A program made the position numbers and the translations under genes. Below are positions 55,226 through 64,000 of a DNA stretch of 64,000 nt, one piece after another. Numbering within the stretch: position 1 is the first letter of the stretch; each line of letters begins with the position of its first letter. The stretch comes from Betaproteobacteria bacterium (GTDB taxonomy: Bacteria; Pseudomonadota; Gammaproteobacteria; Burkholderiales; Usitatibacteraceae), in NCBI GenBank assembly GCA_016790765.1, contig JAEUMZ010000149.1, positions 39,245 through 103,244 of the forward strand, in the 5' to 3' direction. The notes beneath the pieces were generated by a model. The model worked only from the letters and a program-made list of their open reading frames with translations. It ran no database searches and was not told the origin of the DNA.

Positions 55226-57839
55226 TGATCAGTTTCCCCGGCACGACGATCACCTTCTTGACCGGCTTGCCCTCGGTGAAGCGCGCGACGTTGGGGTCGG
55301 CCAGCGCGAGGGCCTCGATGGCCGCCTTGTCCGCCGCCTTCGGCACGGTGATGTGGCCGCGCAGCTTGCCGTTGACCTGCACCACCATGTCGATTTCGTC
55401 CTGTTCGAGCGCGGCCGGGTCGGGTTCGGGCCAGGGGGCGTCGATGATCGGCCCGTGAATGGCCGCGAAGCCCAGGTCTTCCCACAGCGCGTGGGCGAGG
55501 TGCGGGCAGGCGGGATAGAGCACGCGCAGCAGGATCGACACGCCTTCGCGCAGCACCGCGGCATTTGCGTGGCGCTGGTCCTCCAGCGTGTTGAGCAACT
55601 TCATGCACGCCGAGACCACAGTGTTGTACTGCAGGCGCCCATAATCGTAACTGGCCTGTTTCAAGGTGGCGTGCACCTCGTGGCGCAGTTTCTTGGCCGC
55701 AGCATCCAGCGCGGCGTGCTGCACCGCCCCGGCCGCCGCAATCGTCTCCTGCGCTCCGTTGGAAAAACTCCACACCCGGCGCAAGAAGCGCTGCGCCCCT
55801 TCCACGCCGGCGCTGGACCACTCGATGGTTTGTTCCGGCGGTGAAGCAAACATGACAAACAAGCGCGCCGCATCCGCGCCGTAAGTGTCGATCATGTCCT
55901 GCGGATCGACGCCGTTGAGCTTGGACTTGGACATCGTGCCCACGCCGCCGTACTCGACCGCGCTGCCGTCCGACTTCAACCGGTAGCCTTGTTCCGTGTG
56001 CTGCACGTCATCCGGCGGAAAGTACTCGATGCCGCCCTTGTCGGTGCGCCGCGAGTAGATGTGGTTCAACACCATGCCCTGGCACAACAGGTTGGTGAAC
56101 GGCTCGTCGACCTTCACCATGCCCAGGTCGCGCATCACCTTGGTCCAGAAGCGCGCGTACAACAGGTGCAACACTGCATGCGTGATGCCGCCAATGTACT
56201 GGTCCATCGGCATCCAGTAGTCGTTGCACGCTGCCACCATCTTGTCGTGGTAGTCCGGCGCAGTGTTCGGCGAGGTATAGCGCATGTAGTACCAGGACGA
56301 ATCGACGAACGTGTCCATGGTGTCGGTCTCGCGCGTCGCCGGCTTGCCGCACTTCGGGCACTGGCATCTCAGAAAACGCTCGTCGGTCTTGAGCGGACTG
56401 CCGGAGCCATCCGGCACCAGGTCCGTTGGCAGCCTGACCGGCAAGTCCGCATCCGGCACCGGCACGTCACCGCAATCCGTGCAGTGGATGATCGGGATCG
56501 GGGTGCCCCAGTAGCGCTGGCGGGAGATGCCCCAGTCGCGCAGGCGGTACTGGGTTTTCTTTTCGCCGCCCTGCGCCCTCGTTTGGGCCGCGACATGGTC
56601 GATGGCCTGATCGTAGGTCAGGCCATCCATCGCGCCGGAATCGATGCACCTGCCGTAGTCGGCATAGTGCGCTTGCCAGGCGTTGGTCGAATACGGCTTG
56701 CCGGTGTCGATCACCTGCTTGATCGGAATCGAGTACTTCTTTGCGAACGCAAAGTCGCGCTCATCGTGCCCCGGCACGCCCATCACGGCGCCGTCCCCGT
56801 AGCTCATCAACACGTAATTGCCGACCCAGACTTCCACTTTGTCGCCGGTGAGCGGATGCGTGACGAACAAGCCGGTCGCCACGCCTTTCTTTTCCATCGT
56901 CGCCAAGTCGGCTTCCATCACGGTGCCGCGCTTGGTGTCCTCGATGAAGGCCGCGACTTTCGCGTCGCGTGCCGCCGCCACCGTCGCCAGCGGATGTTCG
57001 GCCGCGACGGCGCAGAACGTCACACCCATGATGGTGTCGGCGCGGGTGGTGAAGACAAACAGCTTGCCGCCCTGCACCAATGCTCCCGCCGCGTCCCGGA
57101 TGTCGTGCGGGAACGCGAAACGCACGCCGACCGACTTGCCGATCCAGTTTTCCTGCATGGCGCGCACACTGGCCGGCCAGCCGGTCAATTTGTGGGCCAC
57201 GCAATCGAGCAACTCCTCGGCGTACTTCGTGATCGCCATGTAGTAGCCGGGGATTTCGCGCTTTTCGACCGGCGCGCCGGAGCGCCAGCCGCGGCCGTCG
57301 ATGACCTGCTCGTTGGCCAGCACGGTCTGGTCCACCGGGTCCCAGTTCACCACCTGGGTCTTCTTGTAAACGATGCCCTTTTCCAACATGCGCAGGAAGA
57401 ACCACTGGTTCCACTTGTAGTACTCGGGGTCGCAGGTGGCGAATTCGCGCGACCAGTCGATCGCCCAGCCCATCGCCTGGCACTGCTGCTTCATGTAGGC
57501 GATGTTCTCGTAGGTCCATTTGGCTGGCGCCACGCCGTTCTTCATGGCGGCGTTCTCGGCCGGCAGGCCGAAGGCGTCCCAGCCCATCGGCTGCAGCACG
57601 TTGTAGCCCTTCATCCGGAGCTGGCGCGCCATCATGTCGTTGATCGTGTAGTTGCGCACGTGCCCCATGTGCAGCTTGCCGGACGGGTACGGCAGCATGG
57701 AGCAGGCATAGAACTTCGGTTTCGGCTGGCCGTGTTTGTCGGTGGCGTGTTCGCTGACGCGGAAGGCATCGGCGGCATTCCACGCGGCTTGCGCGCGCGC
57801 TTCGATTTCTTTGGGCTGGTAGGAGGCGGTCGGCGGCAT
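55212..57839 (-). CDS. leuS: leucine--tRNA ligase
   Basis: ATG at 57837-57839. HMGHVRNY (HIGH motif) and GTMSKSKLN (KMSKS motif). 875 aa. Confidence 0.96.
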   Translation of the reverse strand: MPPTASYQPKEIEARAQAAWNAADAFRVSEHATDKHGQPKPKFYACSMLPYPSGKLHMGHVRNYTINDMMARQLRMKGYNVLQPMGWDAFGLPAENAAMKNGVAPAKWTYENIAYMKQQCQAMGWAIDWSREFATCDPEYYKWNQWFFLRMLEKGIVYKKTQVVNWDPVDQTVLANEQVIDGRGWRSGAPVEKREIPGYYMAITKYAEELLDCVAHKLTGWPASVRAMQENWIGKSVGVRFAFPHDIRDAAGALVQGGKLFVFTTRADTIMGVTFCAVAAEHPLATVAAARDAKVAAFIEDTKRGTVMEADLATMEKKGVATGLFVTHPLTGDKVEVWVGNYVLMSYGDGAVMGVPGHDERDFAFAKKYSIPIKQVIDTGKPYSTNAWQAHYADYGRCIDSGAMDGLTYDQAIDHVAAQTRAQGGEKKTQYRLRDWGISRQRYWGTPIPIIHCTDCGDVPVPDADLPVRLPTDLVPDGSGSPLKTDERFLRCQCPKCGKPATRETDTMDTFVDSSWYYMRYTSPNTAPDYHDKMVAACNDYWMPMDQYIGGITHAVLHLLYARFWTKVMRDLGMVKVDEPFTNLLCQGMVLNHIYSRRTDKGGIEYFPPDDVQHTEQGYRLKSDGSAVEYGGVGTMSKSKLNGVDPQDMIDTYGADAARLFVMFASPPEQTIEWSSAGVEGAQRFLRRVWSFSNGAQETIAAAGAVQHAALDAAAKKLRHEVHATLKQASYDYGRLQYNTVVSACMKLLNTLEDQRHANAAVLREGVSILLRVLYPACPHLAHALWEDLGFAAIHGPIIDAPWPEPDPAALEQDEIDMVVQVNGKLRGHITVPKAADKAAIEALALADPNVARFTEGKPVKKVIVVPGKLINVVV

Positions 57840-57902
57840 GGAGAAACGCAAACGCCCCGCGGGAATGCCCGCGAGGCGTTGGGGTGACACGGGATGCGCG
57901 GA

Positions 57903-58802
57903 TTATACCGGGCGCGGTTTTGCCTCGGTGCGGCCCGGCGGATTCCAGGGCAGGTGCGCGGCCAGGAACCCGCTCACTGGCGTCGGGTCGCGCCGCATCC
58001 AGCGCAGGAAGTGTTGCGGGTGGCCGGTGTGCCGGTGCTCCAGGAGGTCAAGCAACGCCGGATGGAGGTGCGGGATGCGCAGCGCACCGGTGAGCGCAAG
58101 CCCGGCGCGCAACCAGGGATTGGGAACCTGCACCACGCGCGCCGGCGCGCGGCCAAGGCCGCGGCGCAAGGCTTGCAGGTATTCCTCCAGCGTCATCGCG
58201 GCCGAGCCCACGGCATCGACATCGACCCCTTGCGCGCGCACCGTGCCGATGAGGGTGGCGCACAGCGCGGCCAGGTCGTCGACGTGGATCGGCACGATAA
58301 GCCCGGTGCGCACCGGCAAGACGAGGACCGGCATGCGGGCCTGCCACAGCGCCATGCGCGCAGCGGGGCCGTCCGCCCCGAATACCACCGACGGCCGCAC
58401 GATGATGGTGCCCGGGTGCGCGTGGCGGATCTCGTCTTCCCCGGCGCGCTTGGTGGAAAAGTACGGCGTGTCGGGGGCCAGATCGAGGTTCAACGCGGAC
58501 AGGTGGAGCAGCGGCTTGTGCGCCTGCGCGCAGACGGCGGCGATGGCGGCCGGCGCGGCCCGGTGGACGGCGTCCAGTTCATCGCGCGGCCCGCTGAGCA
58601 CGCCGGCACAGTGGATGACCGCGTCGAAGGGCGCGATGCGTGCGCGCCACGCGTCCGGCGTGGTGTCGCGGCGCAGGTCGCAGGCGATGTCCCCATCGTG
58701 CGGCCGGCGCGCCGCGCCGCGGACGGCATGGCCTTCCGCGACGAGGGCCGCGCGGACGTGCCGCGCGATGAAACCGTTGGAACCGATGATCAGGATGCGC
58801 AC
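57903..58802 (-). CDS. NAD(P)-binding SDR/epimerase-family protein
   Basis: GTG at 58800-58802, preceded by AAGGAGG. VRILIIGSNGFIARHV Rossmann motif and YFSTK (YxxxK). The 413-aa track ORF extension was rejected. Confidence 0.8.
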   Translation of the reverse strand: MRILIIGSNGFIARHVRAALVAEGHAVRGAARRPHDGDIACDLRRDTTPDAWRARIAPFDAVIHCAGVLSGPRDELDAVHRAAPAAIAAVCAQAHKPLLHLSALNLDLAPDTPYFSTKRAGEDEIRHAHPGTIIVRPSVVFGADGPAARMALWQARMPVLVLPVRTGLIVPIHVDDLAALCATLIGTVRAQGVDVDAVGSAAMTLEEYLQALRRGLGRAPARVVQVPNPWLRAGLALTGALRIPHLHPALLDLLEHRHTGHPQHFLRWMRRDPTPVSGFLAAHLPWNPPGRTEAKPRPV

Positions 58803-58881
58803 GGGGCCTCCTTGTGGATCGCTGGCAGTGTGGTGGCTGAAAGTGGCGAAATGGTGGATGTCCGGATTGGCGCAACCGCGG

Positions 58882-59346
58882 CTATGCCCCGCAGCGGCCG
58901 GACGCGCAGGTGCGCGCCGCAGGTGCGCGCGCGGCACGATGCGCCAGGAATCGCAGGACGCGGTGTGCGCCGAGCATGGACAGGTGCTGCCGGTGACGCA
59001 CGACCCAGGGGTAGCAGCGGTCCCAGAGCGGCTTGAGCCGTGGGTGCGCGAGGATGCGCGCGACCCACGCCATGCCGGCTGCGCGGTACGCGGCGACGAA
59101 CACATCGACCCCGGAGAGCCAGCGACCGTGCGTGTCGCGCGCATGGATGAAGCCCATCAACTGCCTGCGCGACAGCGGAAGCGCCTCGTCGTCGAAATCC
59201 GCCGCGCTGCAATCGACGAGCAAGATCTGGCCCTTGGGCGCGCGTGCGGCCAGGTTGGCCACTTCCGAGGCGCACAACCGGCATGAGCCGTCGTAGAAGA
59301 TCGTCAGCGGCAAGCCGACGGATGACGCCGAGATGTTTGGGCTCAT
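58882..59346 (-). CDS. thiol-disulfide oxidoreductase DCC-family protein (DUF393)
   Basis: 154 aa with the characteristic FYDGSCRLCASEV motif. Confidence 0.8.
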   Translation of the reverse strand: MSPNISASSVGLPLTIFYDGSCRLCASEVANLAARAPKGQILLVDCSAADFDDEALPLSRRQLMGFIHARDTHGRWLSGVDVFVAAYRAAGMAWVARILAHPRLKPLWDRCYPWVVRHRQHLSMLGAHRVLRFLAHRAARAPAARTCASGRCGA

Positions 59347-59366
59347 TTGGTCCTCGCGTTTTTAAT

Positions 59367-59384
59367 TTTCAGAAAATTCTGAAA
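59367..59384. promoter_or_regulatory. 8-2-8 palindrome TTTCAGAA-AA-TTCTGAAA (candidate operator)
   Basis: Perfect inverted arms, 21-38 nt upstream of the DCC gene ATG. A related box lies at 59964-59981. Confidence 0.4.
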
Positions 59385-59407
59385 TGTTGAGGCAAAAAAA
59401 ATCCCGT

Positions 59408-59938
59408 TCAACTTTCGCCCTTGCGCACGAATTGCTGCACCTTGGCGCCCATCTTGATCAACTTCATGAGCGTGGGGGCGTCAAGACGGATCATTTCCCC
59501 GGCCCAGGTGGACAACGACTCCATCAGGGCCAGCGTCTCCTTGATGCGCACCTGCGAAACGCCGTCCTCGGCGGCGAACTCCGGGCTGGCAAGGCATTCG
59601 CGCAGCACTGCGATGGTGGGGTCGAACTCGCGCGCCTTGCGTTCGCGCACGATGGTGCGGAACAACTCCCACACGTCGGCGATGGTTTCGAAATGCTCGC
59701 GCCGGTCGCCCAGCAGGTGCACCGTCTTCACCAGATTCCAATTGGCCAACTCGCGCAGGCTCATGCTCACGTTCGAGCGCGCCACGCCGAGGGTTTCAGT
59801 GATGTCGTCGGCGTTGAGCGGCCGCCCGGCGATGAACAGCAGCGCGTGAATCTGGGCCACGGTGCGATTGACGCCCCAGGTCGAGCCCATTTCCCCCCAG
59901 TGCAGCACGAAGCGTTTGGCAACCGGTTTCAATTCCAT
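59408..59938 (-). CDS. GbsR/MarR-family transcriptional regulator
   Basis: 176 aa with a winged-helix region (VAQIHALLFIAGRPLNADDITETLGVARSNVSMSLRELANWNLV). Confidence 0.8.
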   Translation of the reverse strand: MELKPVAKRFVLHWGEMGSTWGVNRTVAQIHALLFIAGRPLNADDITETLGVARSNVSMSLRELANWNLVKTVHLLGDRREHFETIADVWELFRTIVRERKAREFDPTIAVLRECLASPEFAAEDGVSQVRIKETLALMESLSTWAGEMIRLDAPTLMKLIKMGAKVQQFVRKGES

Positions 59939-59963
59939 GGGTTCAATCTATGCTTTCCATAAA

Positions 59964-59981
59964 TTTCTGTCAAGACTGAAA
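59964..59981. promoter_or_regulatory. imperfect palindrome TTTCTGTC-AA-GACTGAAA (candidate autoregulatory operator)
   Basis: 7 of 8 arm positions pair. Located 26-43 nt upstream of the gbsR-like start. Same TTTC-N10-GAAA frame as 59367-59384. Confidence 0.35.
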
Positions 59982-60054
59982 CAAATCTCTTTGCGCGGGA
60001 AGGAGAAAGGAGGCGGCTCCCGATAAAATGCGCGCTCCCCCACCGGCCGACACC

Positions 60055-62382
60055 ATGCTGTTCCACGCCCCGCACCTGCTCGATTCCCTCAACGAAGCAC
60101 AAAAGGCCGCCGTCACCCTGGGCCATGAGAATGCGCTGATCCTGGCCGGCGCCGGCTCCGGCAAGACGCGCGTGCTGACCACCCGCATCGCCTTCCTCAT
60201 CCAGACCGGGCAGGTGAGCCCGGGTGGCGTGCTGGCGGTGACCTTCACCAACAAGGCGGCCAAGGAAATGCTGGCGCGCCTGTCGGCGATGCTGCCGATC
60301 AACACGCGCGGCATGTGGATCGGCACCTTTCACGGCCTGTGCAACCGGCTGTTGCGCACGCACTACCGCGAGGCGCACCTGCCGCAGTCGTTCCAGATCC
60401 TCGACTCGGCCGACCAGCAGTCGGCGATCAAGCGCCTGCTGAAGTCGCTCAATGTCGACGAGGAAAAATTCAAGCCGCGCGAGCTGGCCTGGTTCATCAA
60501 CAGCGCCAAGGAACAGGGCCTGCGGGCCAACCAGGTCGAGGCCAACGACGAGTTCAGCATCCGCCAGGTGGAGCTCTACCGCGCCTACGATGAGCAATGC
60601 CAGAAGGAAGGCGTGGTCGACTTCGCCGAGCTGCTGCTGCGCTGCTACGAACTGCTGGGCCGCGAAGAAATGTTGCGGCAGCATTACGGTGAGCGGTTCC
60701 GCCACATCCTGGTCGACGAGATGCAGGACACCAACCGCCTGCAGTTCCAGTGGATCCGCCTGCTGGCGCAAGGGGGCGCTGCGGTGTTTGGCGTGGGCGA
60801 CGACGACCAGAGCATCTACGCGTTCCGCGGGGCCGAGGCCGCCAACATGCGCGACTTCCAGCGCGACTTCGCCGGGCAGAACGTCATCAAGCTGGAACAG
60901 AACTACCGCTCGCACGGCGCCATCCTCGATGCGGCCAACGCGGTGATCCAGCACAACAAGAACCGCCTGGGCAAGAACCTGTGGACCGACGCGGGCAAGG
61001 GCGAGCCGATCCGCGTCTATGCAGCCAGCTCGGACAACGACGAGGCCGACTTCGTGCTCGACGAGGTGAAGGCGCTGAATCGTGCCGGTACGGCGCTGAC
61101 CGACATGGCCTTGCTCTATCGCTCTAACGCGCAGTCGCGCGTGCTGGAACACGCCCTGTTCCGCGCCGGGATTTCGTACCGCGTGTATGGCGGTTTGCGG
61201 TTCTTCGAACGCCAGGAGATCAAGCACGCATTGGCCTACCTGCGGCTGGCCTCCAATCCGGATGACGATGGCGCGTTCTCGCGCGTGGTGAATTTCCCGC
61301 CGCGCGGCATCGGCGCGCGATCGATCGAGCAGGTGCAGGAGCTTGCCCAGCGCTACAACTTCTCGCTCTACGCCGCCGCCGCGGCCGGCATCGCCAAGGG
61401 CGACCTCACCGGCCGTGCAGCGGCCTCGATCGGGGCGTTCCTCCGGATCGTCGAGGGGCTGAAGGCCTCGAGCAGCCACATCACGCTGCACGAACTGACC
61501 GAGGAGTGCCTGGACAAGAGCGGCCTCAAGGCGCACTACGCGACCGAACGCGAAGGCGCGGACCGGCTGGAGAACCTGGCCGAACTGGTCACCGCCACGC
61601 AGCAGTTCGAGGACGAGTACGAGGCTGACAAGCCGCCGGTGGATGAAACCAACCCGGTCGAGCCGATGGACCCGCTCACCGCGTTCTTGACCCACGCGAG
61701 CCTGGAGTCGGGAGAGCACGAGGCCGGCGCCAGCGACGATGCGTTGCAATTGATGACGGTGCACGCCGCCAAGGGCCTGGAATTTCGCGCCGTGTTTCTG
61801 AGCGGCCTCGAGGAAGGCCTGTTTCCGCACGACAACTCGCTCAACGACCTCGACGGCATCGAGGAGGAACGCCGCCTCATGTACGTGGCCATCACGCGCG
61901 CCCGCGAGCGGCTGTACCTGTCGTATGCCGGCCAGCGCATGCTGCACGGGCAGATCCGCTACGGCATCGTTTCACGCTTTGTCGACGAGATCCCGGCGGC
62001 GTTGTGCAAGTGGATCGTGGTGCCGGAAAAACAGGCCGCGTACCTCGCCGGCCAGACGTTCCGTTCCGCGCGGCCCGGCTACGGCCCTTCGCGCGGCGAC
62101 GCCTGGGGCGATGGGCGGCGCGCCAAGGGCCAGGGCGCCGAAGACGCCGGCCCCGCCTATGGCAGGGAAGGCAAGCCCGACTACACGCCGGCGAACTTCG
62201 AGACCCAGAAGCCGAAGGAGTTTCCCTTCGGCATCGGGCAAACCGTCCTGCACGCCAAGTTCGGCGAGGGCGTGGTGCTGCGCTTCGAGGGCCGCGGGCT
62301 GGATGCGCGCATCGAGGTCAAGTTCCGCAACGAGGGGACCAAGCTGCTGGCGCTGCAATACGCAAAGCTGACAACTGCGTAG
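60055..62382 (+). CDS. uvrD: DNA helicase II (UvrD)
   Basis: LLDSLNEAQKAAV...LAGAGSGKTRVLT (motif I), VDEMQDTN (motif II) and a C-terminal FGEGVVL-type tail. The ATG at 60055 aligns with the E. coli UvrD N-terminus; the ATG at 60028 is an alternative. Confidence 0.93.
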   Translation: MLFHAPHLLDSLNEAQKAAVTLGHENALILAGAGSGKTRVLTTRIAFLIQTGQVSPGGVLAVTFTNKAAKEMLARLSAMLPINTRGMWIGTFHGLCNRLLRTHYREAHLPQSFQILDSADQQSAIKRLLKSLNVDEEKFKPRELAWFINSAKEQGLRANQVEANDEFSIRQVELYRAYDEQCQKEGVVDFAELLLRCYELLGREEMLRQHYGERFRHILVDEMQDTNRLQFQWIRLLAQGGAAVFGVGDDDQSIYAFRGAEAANMRDFQRDFAGQNVIKLEQNYRSHGAILDAANAVIQHNKNRLGKNLWTDAGKGEPIRVYAASSDNDEADFVLDEVKALNRAGTALTDMALLYRSNAQSRVLEHALFRAGISYRVYGGLRFFERQEIKHALAYLRLASNPDDDGAFSRVVNFPPRGIGARSIEQVQELAQRYNFSLYAAAAAGIAKGDLTGRAAASIGAFLRIVEGLKASSSHITLHELTEECLDKSGLKAHYATEREGADRLENLAELVTATQQFEDEYEADKPPVDETNPVEPMDPLTAFLTHASLESGEHEAGASDDALQLMTVHAAKGLEFRAVFLSGLEEGLFPHDNSLNDLDGIEEERRLMYVAITRARERLYLSYAGQRMLHGQIRYGIVSRFVDEIPAALCKWIVVPEKQAAYLAGQTFRSARPGYGPSRGDAWGDGRRAKGQGAEDAGPAYGREGKPDYTPANFETQKPKEFPFGIGQTVLHAKFGEGVVLRFEGRGLDARIEVKFRNEGTKLLALQYAKLTTA

Positions 62383-62425
62383 ACACCCAACCCGCCAAAC
62401 CCGCCAACGACAAACTCATTGACTG

Positions 62426-62453
62426 GGGCGGCGTTCGAGGCAAAACCGCCCCG
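62426..62453. terminator. candidate bidirectional hairpin between convergent uvrD and the SnoaL-like gene
   Basis: GGGGCGG-N14-CCGCCCC. No clear U-tract. Confidence 0.3.
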
Positions 62454-62495
62454 GACACCGCACCAGAGATTGACGATGGGATTGGGTTCGGGGCT

Positions 62496-62969
62496 TCAGT
62501 CCTTTGAGGTGCGCCCGCCCTGGTCGCCGATCAACACCCACCGGTCGCCCTGCCTCTTGAGGATGTCGGTCCAGCGGCCGGAAGTTTCCTTTTCCTTGCC
62601 GGTGGAATCCTTGGCGATCTGCGTCCAGTGGTAGTGCACGAACGCCACCTCCCCATGAATCTTGATGGCGGCCGGCGTGATGTCATAGACGAGCGTCTTG
62701 CTCGACTTGTGCTGGTGCGCAATGAACTTGCCGGCTGAGGCCTTGTTGCCCGGCACGTTGTTGTTCAAGGCCCAGCCCATGTAATCGGCGTGGAAATACG
62801 CCATGAATGCCTCGGTGCTGCCGGCTGCGTCGAGCGCCCAATAGGCTTCGACGTTTTTCCATACGTCCTTCTGCGCGGCAGACCACTCCTGCGCAACCGC
62901 GTGGACCGAACCGAACATGCAGACGATGGCGGCGAATGCCGCAATGATGCCCTTTGAAATGTGTTTCAT
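62496..62969 (-). CDS. secreted SnoaL-like/NTF2-fold (DUF4440-like) protein
   Basis: The last 157 aa of track ORF 62496..63986, from the ATG at 62967-62969 (GGGAGG upstream). Signal peptide MKHISKGIIAAFAAIVCMFGSVHA. Confidence 0.7.
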   Translation of the reverse strand: MKHISKGIIAAFAAIVCMFGSVHAVAQEWSAAQKDVWKNVEAYWALDAAGSTEAFMAYFHADYMGWALNNNVPGNKASAGKFIAHQHKSSKTLVYDITPAAIKIHGEVAFVHYHWTQIAKDSTGKEKETSGRWTDILKRQGDRWVLIGDQGGRTSKD

Positions 62970-63212
62970 GGATCCTCCCGGGTGATTCGTTTGGTTGCCA
63001 CGCCGAACCGGCGCGGGCCCCACCATACACCCGGCGCAGGAAGTCCGCTGCCGGTCGTCTCGCAGGGTGGCGGGGGCTCCGGCCGAGTGTGCGATGGTCG
63101 ATGCGAAAGGAATCGCGCGTGCACGCGACCCATGTACCGTCATCCGAATGCGCCGCCTCGACGTATTTGCACGTGACCGGCTATCATCGGCCCACCGCAT
63201 TGGAAAGCCCTC

Positions 63213-64000
63213 ATGCACCAAACCCTCCATCTCATGCGCTCGCGCGGCTTTCCGCATTTGCGCCGCAAGGCCCTCGACACCCTGCAGGTGAACCTGGGCT
63301 ACAAGTGCAACCAGGCGTGCTTCCACTGCCACGTCAACGCCAGCCCGGACCGCAAGGAAATGATGGCTGGCGAGACGATCGACCAGGTGATCGCGTTCCT
63401 CGATGCGGCGCGCATTACGACCCTGGACCTCACGGGCGGGGCACCGGAGTTGAATGCGCATTTCCGCCGCCTGGTCGTTGCGGCGCGCAAACGCGGCGTG
63501 CGCGTCATCGACCGTTGCAACCTGACCATCCTGTCCGAGCCGGGGCAGGAAACGCTGGCCGGATTCCTCGCGCAACAGGGCGTGGAGATCACCGCCTCGC
63601 TGCCGTGTTACTCCCAGGACAATGTCGACAAGCAGCGCGGCGAAGGCGTGTTCGAAAAGTCCATCGCCGGCTTGAAACAGCTCAATGCGCAGGGGTACGG
63701 ACAAGCGGGTAGCGGCCTCACGCTGAACCTCGTGTTCAATCCGCAAGGTGCGAAGCTGCCGCCGCCGCAGGAGGCGTTGGAGGCCGATTACCACCGCCTG
63801 CTCGAGGCGAACTTCGGCATCGTGTTCAACCACCTGTACACGATCACCAACATGCCGATCCAGCGCTTCGGCTCGACATTGGTATCCAAGGGCGAGTTCG
63901 AGGGCTACATGGATTTGCTGGTGTCCAGCTTCCAGGCCGCAAATCTGGAATCGGTCATGTGCCGCACGCTGCTGTCGGTCGATCACCTGGGCTTCGTGTA
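63213..64000 (+). CDS. radical SAM/Cys-rich protein, ArsS-like (3' end outside window)
   Basis: Own translation from the ATG at 63213: MHQTLHLMRSRGFPHLRRKALDTLQVNLGYKCNQACFHCHVNASP... (CX3CX2C cluster) ...DLTGGAPELN...ASLPCY.... The frame is open to the window end, and it is not in the ORF track. Confidence 0.8.
   Translation, partial: MHQTLHLMRSRGFPHLRRKALDTLQVNLGYKCNQACFHCHVNASPDRKEMMAGETIDQVIAFLDAARITTLDLTGGAPELNAHFRRLVVAARKRGVRVIDRCNLTILSEPGQETLAGFLAQQGVEITASLPCYSQDNVDKQRGEGVFEKSIAGLKQLNAQGYGQAGSGLTLNLVFNPQGAKLPPPQEALEADYHRLLEANFGIVFNHLYTITNMPIQRFGSTLVSKGEFEGYMDLLVSSFQAANLESVMCRTLLSVDHLGFV

Noticed and set aside
59929-61947. 672-aa minus-strand ORF opposite uvrD, and the 632-aa plus-strand ORF (55989-57887) opposite leuS
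   Set aside because: Both are antisense to genes with canonical helicase and HIGH/KMSKS motifs.
62496-63986. 496-aa minus-strand ORF
   Set aside because: Only the last 157 aa form a coherent secreted NTF2-like protein, with a signal peptide and GGGAGG SD. The upstream part is antisense to the radical-SAM gene, whose CX3CX2C motif validates the plus frame.

Overview
GC-rich chromosomal segment (roughly two-thirds G+C by eye, not computed) with a betaproteobacterial gene order (Burkholderiales/Rhodocyclales-like; this is inference from synteny only). I call about 64 protein genes. I recognised no rRNA, tRNA, CRISPR array, transposase or integrase. Housekeeping blocks: hisH-B-C-D-G / murA / ibaG / ABC-2 exporter / mlaB-C-D-E-F (1-10.4 kb, minus strand); kef-type antiporter, kdsD-kdsC-hemJ and a THUMP methyltransferase (28.2-33.5 kb); pilU-pilT and yggS-proC-yggT (34.7-39.2 kb); a dynamin-like GTPase; rng-maf-rlmH-rsfS-nadD-proA-holA (41.5-47.7 kb); lptE-leuS (54.7-57.8 kb); an SDR/DCC/GbsR trio; uvrD; and a partial ArsS-like radical-SAM gene at the 3' edge. 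Two accessory surface-organelle loci stand out. (i) 10.5-28.1 kb holds an MSHA-like type IV pilus (T2SS-related) cluster: ExeA/MshM ATPase, lipoprotein secretin, TPR protein, an MshE ATPase with a tandem MshEN-type motif, platform protein, PilM-N fusion, PilO-like and MshK-like proteins, and two Cys-rich minor pilins. It is bracketed by its own NtrC-type sigma54 activator and a multi-TM histidine kinase, both PrsR/PrsK-like. The major pilin sits behind a textbook sigma54 promoter (TGGCAC-N5-TTGCA) with an IHF-consensus site, an upstream palindrome and an unannotated 29-codon sORF in the leader. (ii) 47.7-54.5 kb holds an archaic (Csu/spore-coat-U type) chaperone-usher pilus operon plus an esterase. 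It is wedged inside the normally contiguous leuS-lptE-holA unit, and holA starts 3 nt after the last pilus gene. Smaller observations: a ~68-nt extragenic palindromic element present twice with compensatory stem changes; three 21-bp-phased direct repeats between an AraC regulator and a 52-codon sORF; paired TTTC-N10-GAAA palindromes around a GbsR-type regulator; RsfS with a Lys/Ala/Pro tail; and an usher with a duplicated N-terminal module. Many long ORFs in the track are GC-driven antisense or out-of-frame shadow ORFs and were rejected.
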